Positions 8,816-16,400 of a DNA stretch of 64,000 nt are shown piece by piece. Location: contig PBGP02000006.1 in NCBI GenBank assembly GCA_002720095.2, forward strand, positions 102,257-166,256, read 5' to 3'. Source of the stretch: Methanobacteriota archaeon. GTDB taxonomy: Archaea > Thermoplasmatota > Poseidoniia > Poseidoniales > Poseidoniaceae. Under the pieces are notes generated by a model. It was given only the letters and a program-made list of their open reading frames with translations. It was not told the origin of the DNA and ran no database searches. The position numbers and the translations under genes are program-made. Position 1 is the first letter of the stretch. The number at the start of each line of letters is the position of its first letter.

Positions 8816-9367
8816 CTTTTCTGCTTCATCCTTAGTTAATTCAGTGAATGTCGCTTTTTTGTGCAATATTTTTGAATGCCCCATCGGATCAGAAAATATT
8901 AATGTCAATTCAGAGGTAAAACTTCTTTTTTTAGTTAAATCTAAAGACTCAAGTAGTGCATCACACTTCTTATACTCCTCAGAATTTTCTTGTTCATTAA
9001 ATTGATTTTTTGATATTTTTATGGCTTCAATGAATCTGTTTATGACTCCCTCTACATTCGAAACATATCCTGATGAGTGAGTACCAGGAAACACGGCCAG
9101 TTCTAACTCTGGAATTTCTACTGAACAATTTGACCCTCTGATTACTCTAGCGTCTAGATCATCGGAGGATGATATTTTCAGGGTCCAGATACCAGGGGTT
9201 TTATCTTCTGCCGGAATAAAATCAGTTTGTCTTAGTCCACAATTTGAGCAAAGAAGGGTAACCTGTGTATGTTCTCCGAAATAAGCAATTTCTGTAGTAT
9301 GAGCAATCATTTTTAAGCTGTTTTCATTACCACAAACGGGGCAAGAAGACTCAATATTGGATTCCAT
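8807..9367 (-). CDS. ZPR1-type zinc-finger protein
   Basis: CPVCGNE...TEIAYFGEHTQVTLLCSNCGLRQTDF, followed by a beta-rich domain. This is the archaeal ZPR1-related architecture. Confidence 0.65.
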   Translation of the reverse strand: MESNIESSCPVCGNENSLKMIAHTTEIAYFGEHTQVTLLCSNCGLRQTDFIPAEDKTPGIWTLKISSSDDLDARVIRGSNCSVEIPELELAVFPGTHSSGYVSNVEGVINRFIEAIKISKNQFNEQENSEEYKKCDALLESLDLTKKRSFTSELTLIFSDPMGHSKILHKKATFTELTKDEAEKLL

Positions 9368-9376
9368 AATCTGCCC

Positions 9377-9925
9377 TCAATTTAAGAAAGCCTCGTCTTC
9401 CAAACCTTTCATACCTTTACATGATGGGGGTAATATGAGTAGCCTAGTCTCAGATAACTGCAATATCTCTCCGTTTAAATCACTAATAATGAAATCATTC
9501 AATTTTTGTATGATTTTATTGAGTATTTCATCTTCTGCTAAAATATCTTTTAAATCAACAACGCTTATGTCTCCATCTGAGGCCCAATCGAAAAGTTGGT
9601 AAACCCCATTTAAACCTAATAAATTCGCACGGTGGATAACAAACCCATTAATTGATGAGATATTAGCATCTGGATATAATCTTTCTAAATCATGATAAAT
9701 TACACTATTTTTTTTTACTATATTTTTCTTAGAATTGAGACTTGGCATCACTAAACTCTCTATTGGTTTGTTAGAAAAAGGTTTAACAGACGGATTTTTA
9801 TCATGTTCATCAGAATCAAATAAGATATTTACCTCTTCTTCTCCAAATGGAAGTTTAGATTGACTTTGGTCATCCACGTTGCTAGGGGGATGTTGGTATT
9901 CTTCAATTCTTTTGTCAAAAAACAC
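9377..9925 (-). CDS. possible SepF-like cell-division protein (weak)
   Basis: The C-terminal ~80 aa (DGDISVVDLKDILAEDEILNKIIQKLNDFIISDLNGEILQLSETRLLILPP) follows the SepF/DUF552 pattern (...V.L..L......R..DF..G......G.I..........P). The N-terminal half is low-complexity. GTG start. Confidence 0.4.
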   Translation of the reverse strand: MFFDKRIEEYQHPPSNVDDQSQSKLPFGEEEVNILFDSDEHDKNPSVKPFSNKPIESLVMPSLNSKKNIVKKNSVIYHDLERLYPDANISSINGFVIHRANLLGLNGVYQLFDWASDGDISVVDLKDILAEDEILNKIIQKLNDFIISDLNGEILQLSETRLLILPPSCKGMKGLEDEAFLN

Positions 9926-10031
9926 TTAAAAGCTACATTTCCAACTCAATTTATTCGTCGGGTTGATAAACTACCTTCATACAGGGTATCATGAGCAACG
10001 TCAATTAAGAGGCTGTTTGTGGTGAGTTAAT

Positions 10032-10661
10032 ATGGAATCTACAATGGATAAATTGAAAACGGGTACTAGTACATTGGGAATATGCTACAACGGCGGAGTT
10101 GTTGTTGGAGCAGATCACCGTGCTACGATGGGCCATTTTATAGCTAACAAAAGCGTACAAAAACTGTTTCAAATCGGTCCAAATCTAGCCTTAACCACTG
10201 CAGGTCTGGTCGGACATGCACAAAGTTTGTCTAGAACTTTGAATGCTGAGACAACATTATTTCAGCTTAAGAGAGGTCATCCAATGACAGTAAAAGGTGC
10301 TGCTACTTTGACTGCCAACATCTTACTAGGTAGACCTTATTGGGTGCAATTACTTATTGTTGGAGTTGATGATTCAGGGCCAAGTGTGTACAGTATAGAT
10401 GGTGCAGGAGGCTCTATTCCTGATGTTTATTGTGCAACAGGATCTGGATCACCGTATATGTATGGTGTACTGGAAGATGGATTCAAGAAAGGAATGCAAA
10501 AAAATGATGCAATTAAGTTAGCTGCTCGGGCATTACTTGCTTCTGGTCAGAGAGATGCTGCATCAGGTAATGGAATGGATTTGGCATACATTACCGAGTC
10601 AGAAGGATTTGTCCAACTAACTGATGAAGAAGTTGATAAAGTTATTAAATCATTAAAATAA
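10032..10661 (+). CDS. psmB: proteasome subunit beta
   Basis: Short propeptide followed by the catalytic Thr motif (KTGTSTLGICYNGGVVVGADHRATMG). Ntn-hydrolase length of 209 aa. Confidence 0.9.
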   Translation: MESTMDKLKTGTSTLGICYNGGVVVGADHRATMGHFIANKSVQKLFQIGPNLALTTAGLVGHAQSLSRTLNAETTLFQLKRGHPMTVKGAATLTANILLGRPYWVQLLIVGVDDSGPSVYSIDGAGGSIPDVYCATGSGSPYMYGVLEDGFKKGMQKNDAIKLAARALLASGQRDAASGNGMDLAYITESEGFVQLTDEEVDKVIKSLK

Positions 10662-10727
10662 ACTCCCGGCTAGCCCGCCTTTAGGGCTTACTCTTTTGAG
10701 TGGGTATAGATTGGGGAAGGTGATAAT

Positions 10728-12632
10728 TTGAGACTTAGTTTTCATGAGGTAAAAAATAAAATAGCAAAATTAGTTCCCAAGGATATAGATTATTCAGTAG
10801 ATTTAGAGGCAGCAACTGTTGCAATAATTACATCTCAACCTGACAGATTTGGAAGTGGGAGTGGGCTAACTGGGGAAATAGCCAAAGAGATAAAGCGTAG
10901 AGTAGTTATTAGACCAGATAAAAAAATAATGATGTCTGAGGAAGAGTCTGTTGGTCACATAAAATCTATTATTCCAGAAGATGCAGGAGTAAATGACATT
11001 TATTTTGATCCTTGTTTTTCTGAAGTAATACTTACCTGTGATGACCCAGGAACAGCAGTTGGAAGGAGAGGAGAAAATATTAACAAGCTAAGAGATAAGA
11101 TAGGTTGGATTGTTAAAGTTGAAAGAACGCCTTCTCTGAGAAGTAAGACTGTGGTTGATATTAGAGGTTTTAGAAAAACTCTAGCCGAGGAAAGAAGAAA
11201 ATTACTCAGAGATTTTGGAAGAAATATTTTCAGGCCTAAACTGTCGGGGTCATCTTGGGCAAGATTAACTGCCTTAGGTTCTTACAGAGAAGTTGGAAGA
11301 GCTTGTCATTTAATTACGACTAATGAATCTAGAGTGATGATTGATGTTGGAGCTAATATAGCTGATACAGCGAACCATTTACCTTTTTTCAATGCGCCTG
11401 AAGCATTGCCATTGGAAAAAATTGATGCAGTAGTATTGACTCATGCTCACCTAGATCATGCAGGAATGTTACCCTTATTGTTCAAATATGGATACAAAGG
11501 ACCAGTTTATTGCACACCTCCTACGAGAGATATGATGCTAATTTTGCAATCAGATTATCTGAAAGTCGCGGGGATGGAGGGGAAATCTCCTCCATACGAG
11601 ATGGAACACGTTCGAGAAGCCATGAAACATGTGATAGACGTAAATTGGAAAGAAACTACTGATATTACCCCAGATATAAAAATGACTATGACCAACTCTG
11701 GGCATATTATCGGATCTTCTGCTTGCCATTTTCACATTGGAGAAGGTAAACATAATCTAGTATTTTCAGGTGATCAAAAATATGAAAAAAGCTGGCTTTT
11801 TGACGCAGCAAACTCTAAATTCCCTCGTTGTGAAACTCTAGTACTCGAGTCAACGTATGGTGCTCAAGGAGATTTCCAGCCATCTCGTTTAGAAGCTACT
11901 TCTGAATTGCAGGAAATGATTAAAAGAACAATTGGAAGGAATGGAAAAATGATACTTCCTGTTTTTGCTGTCGGTAGGAGTCAAGAAGTTATGATTGCAA
12001 TAGATGAATTATTTAGAAATGGAGAAATGGAACCTTGCACTGTATACTTAGATGGTATGATACAAGAAGCAACGGCAATACATGCATCACATCCGGAGTA
12101 TTTAACAAGAGATTTAAGGAATGCTATACTTAAAAATGATGAAAACAATCCCTTTAGCGCTCCTTGGTTTAGAACTGTACAAGGAAGAGAAATGAGAGAA
12201 TCAATATTATTAGACCCCACTCCGTGTATAGTTTTAGCTACTAGCGGTATGTTAACAGGGGGGCCAGTAATGACATATTTCAGACATTGGTCAGCTAATG
12301 AGAGAAATGCACTGTGTTTCGTAGGTTATCAAGCAGAAGGATCAATTGGAAGGAGATTGCAAAAAGGTTTCAGTGACATTCAGATGTTTTATGAAGGTGA
12401 AACGATAAACTTAGAAGTTAATTGTGAGTATATAACTATTGATGGATTTAGTGGGCATTCTGATAGAAAACAACTACTTGATTTTGTAGATCAATTAAAC
12501 CCTAAACCTCACGCTATTGTGTGTCATCATGGTGATTATAGAAAGTGTAGTGAATTAGGTAGAGCATTGAGAGAGAAATATAATGTCAGGTCATATTCAC
12601 CAAAAAATCTAGAGACAATTAGATTGTTTTAA
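10728..12632 (+). CDS. aCPSF1: KH-domain beta-CASP metallo-beta-lactamase ribonuclease (archaeal transcription-termination/RNA-processing factor)
   Basis: 634 aa. N-terminal KH-like region. H-x-H-x-D-H motif (THAHLDHAG). Beta-CASP C-terminal region ending ...DGFSGHSD...VCHHGD. Sits next to psmB, a pairing I recall from other Euryarchaeota. TTG start. Confidence 0.9.
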   Translation: MRLSFHEVKNKIAKLVPKDIDYSVDLEAATVAIITSQPDRFGSGSGLTGEIAKEIKRRVVIRPDKKIMMSEEESVGHIKSIIPEDAGVNDIYFDPCFSEVILTCDDPGTAVGRRGENINKLRDKIGWIVKVERTPSLRSKTVVDIRGFRKTLAEERRKLLRDFGRNIFRPKLSGSSWARLTALGSYREVGRACHLITTNESRVMIDVGANIADTANHLPFFNAPEALPLEKIDAVVLTHAHLDHAGMLPLLFKYGYKGPVYCTPPTRDMMLILQSDYLKVAGMEGKSPPYEMEHVREAMKHVIDVNWKETTDITPDIKMTMTNSGHIIGSSACHFHIGEGKHNLVFSGDQKYEKSWLFDAANSKFPRCETLVLESTYGAQGDFQPSRLEATSELQEMIKRTIGRNGKMILPVFAVGRSQEVMIAIDELFRNGEMEPCTVYLDGMIQEATAIHASHPEYLTRDLRNAILKNDENNPFSAPWFRTVQGREMRESILLDPTPCIVLATSGMLTGGPVMTYFRHWSANERNALCFVGYQAEGSIGRRLQKGFSDIQMFYEGETINLEVNCEYITIDGFSGHSDRKQLLDFVDQLNPKPHAIVCHHGDYRKCSELGRALREKYNVRSYSPKNLETIRLF

Positions 12633-12959
12633 TTATAGTGGTAATTCCCAACTATCTTCAAATTTTTCTGGAATATCTTGATTATCATTTTTCAGAGAAT
12701 TTCCAATGCTACTAGAATGATTTTCTTCGTTATCTGAATGGTTTGAATTTTTAACATCATTCCTTTTTGCAATTACTGAAAAGCAAGAAATAATTATTAT
12801 GAGAGATAATACAATCGCTAGAATCCAATATGTCTCACTGGGAGTATTAGAAAATTTGTAAGCGGAAATTAAGATAATTAACAGTTGTGTAATAATTAAG
12901 AAGTAATTTAGTCGATTATTACTCAACCCCATTGAACTACGGAAGGTGGGTGGATTCAT
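12633..12959 (-). CDS. small hypothetical membrane protein
   Basis: 108 aa with two hydrophobic helices and an acidic/Ser-Asn-rich tail. Fills an otherwise empty gap. Confidence 0.4.
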   Translation of the reverse strand: MNPPTFRSSMGLSNNRLNYFLIITQLLIILISAYKFSNTPSETYWILAIVLSLIIIISCFSVIAKRNDVKNSNHSDNEENHSSSIGNSLKNDNQDIPEKFEDSWELPL

Positions 12960-12983
12960 GAACCCCTAGTATTACGGTGTATC

Positions 12984-13622
12984 ATGGCGGGACCTTTGTC
13001 ATCAGATTGTCCTGGCTGGCTAATGACGGCAGTTGCTCCTTGGGGTGAGAATCCAGAAGACGCTTACGATCAGGGTTTAGTGGAACTAGGATTAGGAGAC
13101 GCGCGATTAATCCGTGTTGAAGGTGCCATGCTGCCTATGGGTTTTCTACCCGTAGCGCCAGAACCATTACCAATGGGTAGTTTAGTTGAATGCCATCTTG
13201 CAATTGGACATGCTTATGATGGTGGAATTGCATCAGCAGGAGTGGCTTGGGCACATTGTAAAACACCAGAGGGTGATGAATGCTCTATAACAGCTTCAAT
13301 TTCTACGGAAATGGATTCAATAACAACTGACGAATTACTTAGAAAAAATTTTAGAAATAAATTAGCCAGTAGAGATTTAGAAGTGATTGAATTCGATATT
13401 GCTGTAGATGAGGTAACTGCGGCACAGGGCCATTTTGGTGTTGCATTAGCAGCATTAATTCTTCCTGAAACTATGTCATTTCAAGAATCCAATCAGTTGG
13501 GTAGAGTAAGAACTGGAATTACTAGGGATGCCACAGATTTTAGAAATCCATTACAGAAAAAATCTAAATCTCCTACTCCAAGAGGGCCTAGAAGAGATGA
13601 TGATATAAATTTCAATTTTTGA
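12984..13622 (+). CDS. PdaD-like (pyruvoyl-dependent arginine decarboxylase family) protein lacking the Ser-Ser processing site, with a basic C-terminal tail
   Basis: GENPEDAYDQGLVELGLGDARLIRVEGAMLP...PLPMGSLV and ...IAVDEVTAAQGHFGVALAALIL parallel the PdaD pattern GE.P..AFD.AL..AGIG..NLIRISSI.P...LP.GALV ... AAAALW recalled from methanogen PdaD. The stretch looks more GC-rich than its neighbours. Confidence 0.55.
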   Translation: MAGPLSSDCPGWLMTAVAPWGENPEDAYDQGLVELGLGDARLIRVEGAMLPMGFLPVAPEPLPMGSLVECHLAIGHAYDGGIASAGVAWAHCKTPEGDECSITASISTEMDSITTDELLRKNFRNKLASRDLEVIEFDIAVDEVTAAQGHFGVALAALILPETMSFQESNQLGRVRTGITRDATDFRNPLQKKSKSPTPRGPRRDDDINFNF

Positions 13623-13629
13623 GATTATC

Positions 13630-14070
13630 ATGTCTGAAGAATTACCAGCATATTGTTTAGTTAAGTGTAATATTTGTGAATATTATTTCGGAAAACATAA
13701 AAATTCAAAAATTAGCTGTCCTCGATGTCGGACTGGTAACAAAAATTTAGATATTGTAGATAGGACAGAAAATGCTGAAGAACTGCATAGACTTGTATCA
13801 ATAAATAACCTCCCGAGCCAATTGAGAAAAGAATTTGAGCAAAAGAATATAGATAAATTAGAACAAAATACAAACTTTGATTTAAAAAATATGCTGCCAA
13901 ATATTTTAGTTGAGTCTGTAAATGAAGAAGGATTCGTCACAGTTCAAAGCCTTAATGGAAAACTAAGAGCGAGAAGAATAAAATTTGATGCATTAAAATT
14001 GGCCCATAATGCTGAGTTTGAAGGTCTTTTAATGCGAGTCTCCGAGGGCAAATGGAGATTAATAGGCTGA
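13630..14070 (+). CDS. hypothetical zinc-ribbon protein
   Basis: N-terminal C-x2-C...C-x2-C (CNICEYYFGKHKNSKISCPRCRTG). Starts 8 nt after the PdaD-like gene, so likely co-transcribed. Confidence 0.45.
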   Translation: MSEELPAYCLVKCNICEYYFGKHKNSKISCPRCRTGNKNLDIVDRTENAEELHRLVSINNLPSQLRKEFEQKNIDKLEQNTNFDLKNMLPNILVESVNEEGFVTVQSLNGKLRARRIKFDALKLAHNAEFEGLLMRVSEGKWRLIG

Positions 14071-14105
14071 ATGCTTATGACTAACTTAATTTTAGGCGTG
14101 TTAAA

Positions 14106-14179
14106 GGGCCCGTGGGTTAGCTTGGTTATGCTCGTGCGTTTGGGACGCACAGACCCCAGTTCGAATCTGGGCGGGCCCA
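14106..14179 (+). tRNA. tRNA-Pro (anticodon UGG), no encoded CCA
   Basis: Acceptor GGGCCCG/CGGGCCC. Anticodon arm GTGCG-TTTGGGA-CGCAC. T arm CCCAG-TTCGAAT-CTGGG. Discriminator A. Confidence 0.9.
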
Positions 14180-14186
14180 TTCTCAA

Positions 14187-14480
14187 TTACTTTTTACTAT
14201 TTAATTCAGATTCTCGTTCTGTATAACTGATAGAATCTAATTTTTCATTTTCCTCTGAATAGTCTGGTGGATTTTCAATTATGACATAAATTATTATTCC
14301 CCCTAATGCTACAGACAAACTAAATACTGCGATTACGACAGTTTGATTCCATTTCTCTTCTTCTGAATCGTCTGAATTAGTGTTATTTACAACATTTCCT
14401 ACGGGAATCATTAATATCACACACATTAAGAAAATTATTGGAATAATAAATTTTTTTGGTAGGACCTCTGATTTCAACAT
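14187..14480 (-). CDS. small hypothetical membrane protein
   Basis: 97 aa with two TM helices flanking an acidic loop. Similar build to the 12633-12959 ORF. Confidence 0.4.
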   Translation of the reverse strand: MLKSEVLPKKFIIPIIFLMCVILMIPVGNVVNNTNSDDSEEEKWNQTVVIAVFSLSVALGGIIIYVIIENPPDYSEENEKLDSISYTERESELNSKK

Positions 14481-14550
14481 AACTCGTCCAGCGCAAACTA
14501 GGGTTTAAAGTATGCACATCTTGAAGTAGTAAATTTTCACCGCTGATTAT

Positions 14551-15756
14551 ATGGGTTTACCTAAGAAAGCAGAAATATACTCTAATTGGAATTTAAGTGA
14601 TGATATAGTGTTTCTAAATCACGGTTCGTTTGGAGCGACTCCAAAAGCCATTATGGAAGAGCAAAGAAAATGGCAAGATTTGATGGAAAGAGATCCTGTT
14701 AAATTTTTTGAGGAGATTGCTCCTGAGGCATTATTAAACTCAAGGAAGGCAATAGCTAAAATCATAAAATGTCATTTTGATGATATTGCGTTGATTGATA
14801 ATGCAACAACTGGAGTAAATATAGTTTTGAGGTCTCTAAAATTTAATGAGGGTGATGAAATATTAGTTCCGAATCATGCTTATCAAGCTTGTAGAAATGC
14901 TATTGATTTTATAGCAATGCGTTATTCAGTAAATGTGAAAATTTCTAAAATTCCATTTCCAATAAACAATAATGACGAAATTATTGAAAATATAATAAGC
15001 TCAATCACGGAAAAAACACGTCTAGTAATGATTGATACTGTAACTAGCCCTACTGGATTGAGAATGCCATTTGAACAATTAGTCCCTATGATTGAATCAA
15101 GAGGAATAAATGTTCTATTGGATGCAGCGCACGGAGTTGGAATCGTGCCATTGAATCTAGAATCTCTAGGTGCTTCATTTACAACAAGTAATTGTCATAA
15201 ATGGCTTTTTTGTCCAAAAGGAGTTGCTTTTTTGCATGTAAGAAAAGACTTACAAGGACTAATTAAACCATTGGTTATTAGCCATGGAATGACCTCTCCT
15301 TTACAGGAGATGTCTAGATTTAGACATGAATTCGATTGGACTGGCACAAAAGACCTTTCGGGATTTTGTGTTTTACCATTCGTAATTGAACACATAAATC
15401 AAATCGGAGGAAGTATTGATGAGATTATTAGGAAAAATCGTAAATTACTAATTTTTGCGAGAAATTTAATTTGTGAAAGATTAAAAATTGACAAACCTTG
15501 TCCAGACTATATGATTACAAGTATAGCAACGATTAAATTACCAGTTAATCTACTTAGTAAAAATGAATTCCCAAATATACAAGATCCAGATCCATTACAT
15601 TGGCAATTGATGAAAAAATATCATATTCAAGTCCCAGTATGGTACTGGCCAGATCCTGAAGGAAGGTATATTCGAATATCTTCACAAATATACAACAATG
15701 AAGAAGAATACAAGTATTTAGCAGAGTCCTTAGTTGATTTATTAAACAAGGTTTGA
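14551..15756 (+). CDS. class V PLP-dependent aminotransferase (isopenicillin-N epimerase / cysteine desulfurase-like)
   Basis: FLNHGSFGATP start, DAAHGVG, and SNCHKW (PLP-lysine context). 401 aa. Confidence 0.75.
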   Translation: MGLPKKAEIYSNWNLSDDIVFLNHGSFGATPKAIMEEQRKWQDLMERDPVKFFEEIAPEALLNSRKAIAKIIKCHFDDIALIDNATTGVNIVLRSLKFNEGDEILVPNHAYQACRNAIDFIAMRYSVNVKISKIPFPINNNDEIIENIISSITEKTRLVMIDTVTSPTGLRMPFEQLVPMIESRGINVLLDAAHGVGIVPLNLESLGASFTTSNCHKWLFCPKGVAFLHVRKDLQGLIKPLVISHGMTSPLQEMSRFRHEFDWTGTKDLSGFCVLPFVIEHINQIGGSIDEIIRKNRKLLIFARNLICERLKIDKPCPDYMITSIATIKLPVNLLSKNEFPNIQDPDPLHWQLMKKYHIQVPVWYWPDPEGRYIRISSQIYNNEEEYKYLAESLVDLLNKV

Positions 15757-15782
15757 AATATGGAGTCACATACATCTTAACG

Positions 15783-16352
15783 ATGGGTGAAATAATAGTA
15801 GCCATAACTGGCGCTTCTGGTGCCATATACGGAATAAGGCTTATTGAAGAGTTGTCCAGAATTGGTCGAAAAACCAGAATCATTGTCACAGAGTCAGCTA
15901 AATTAACATTAAAACATGAATGTGACTATGAACTTGAAAACCTAAGCAGTATAAAAGGTGTAATTTTGGAAGATAATTCAGATATTGCAGCGAAATCAGC
16001 AAGTGGTTCAGCCAAAATTGATGCAATGGTTATTGTTCCGTGTAGCGGAACTACTTTGGGAAAATTAGCCGCAGGAATTGGTGATAACTTGGTAACGAGA
16101 AGTGCTGTAGTTTCAATGAAAGAAAGAAGGAAATTAATTATTGTACCCAGAGAGACTCCACTAGCAACAGCACACATTGAAAATATGTTAAAACTCTCAT
16201 CGTGGGATACAGTAATTTTACCAGCCAGTCCTGGATTTTATAATATACCCAAATCAATAGATGATTTAGTTGATTTCATAATATCCAGAATTTTGGATCA
16301 ATTAGGAATAGATAATAATGTTTCAAAGAGATGGACAGGCGAAGAACTTTAA
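15783..16352 (+). CDS. ubiX: flavin prenyltransferase UbiX
   Basis: IIVAITGASGAIYGIRLIEEL, ...VPCSGTTLGKLAAGIGDNLVTR. Trimmed to the in-frame ATG at 15783, because the track's TTG start at 15753 overlaps the upstream stop. Confidence 0.85.
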   Translation: MGEIIVAITGASGAIYGIRLIEELSRIGRKTRIIVTESAKLTLKHECDYELENLSSIKGVILEDNSDIAAKSASGSAKIDAMVIVPCSGTTLGKLAAGIGDNLVTRSAVVSMKERRKLIIVPRETPLATAHIENMLKLSSWDTVILPASPGFYNIPKSIDDLVDFIISRILDQLGIDNNVSKRWTGEEL

Positions 16353-16400
16353 TTTTGTTGTTTTAGATGAGTTCATAATAATGAAATTTCAGCCCATTAC

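Noticed and set aside
10672-10697. Small hairpin AGCCC-GCCTTTA-GGGCT followed by CTCTTTT after psmB, considered as a terminator
   Set aside because: The stem is only 5 bp and the T-run is short. Archaeal termination signals are too degenerate to call from this alone.
14070-14105. TATA-box/BRE-like strings upstream of the tRNA genes, the RNase P RNA and the divergent gene pairs (for example TTAATTTTA before tRNA-Pro and AATATTAT before tRNA-Lys)
   Set aside because: The DNA is so AT-rich that TATA-like octamers occur almost everywhere. Without transcription start data the calls would not be distinguishable from background.
14106-14480. tRNA genes checked as integration hot-spots: looked for integrase genes, direct repeats of tRNA 3' halves, or compositional islands next to tRNA-Pro, tRNA-Lys and tRNA-His
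   Set aside because: The neighbours are small membrane proteins or housekeeping genes. I saw no integrase/recombinase motifs and no duplicated tRNA 3' segment.
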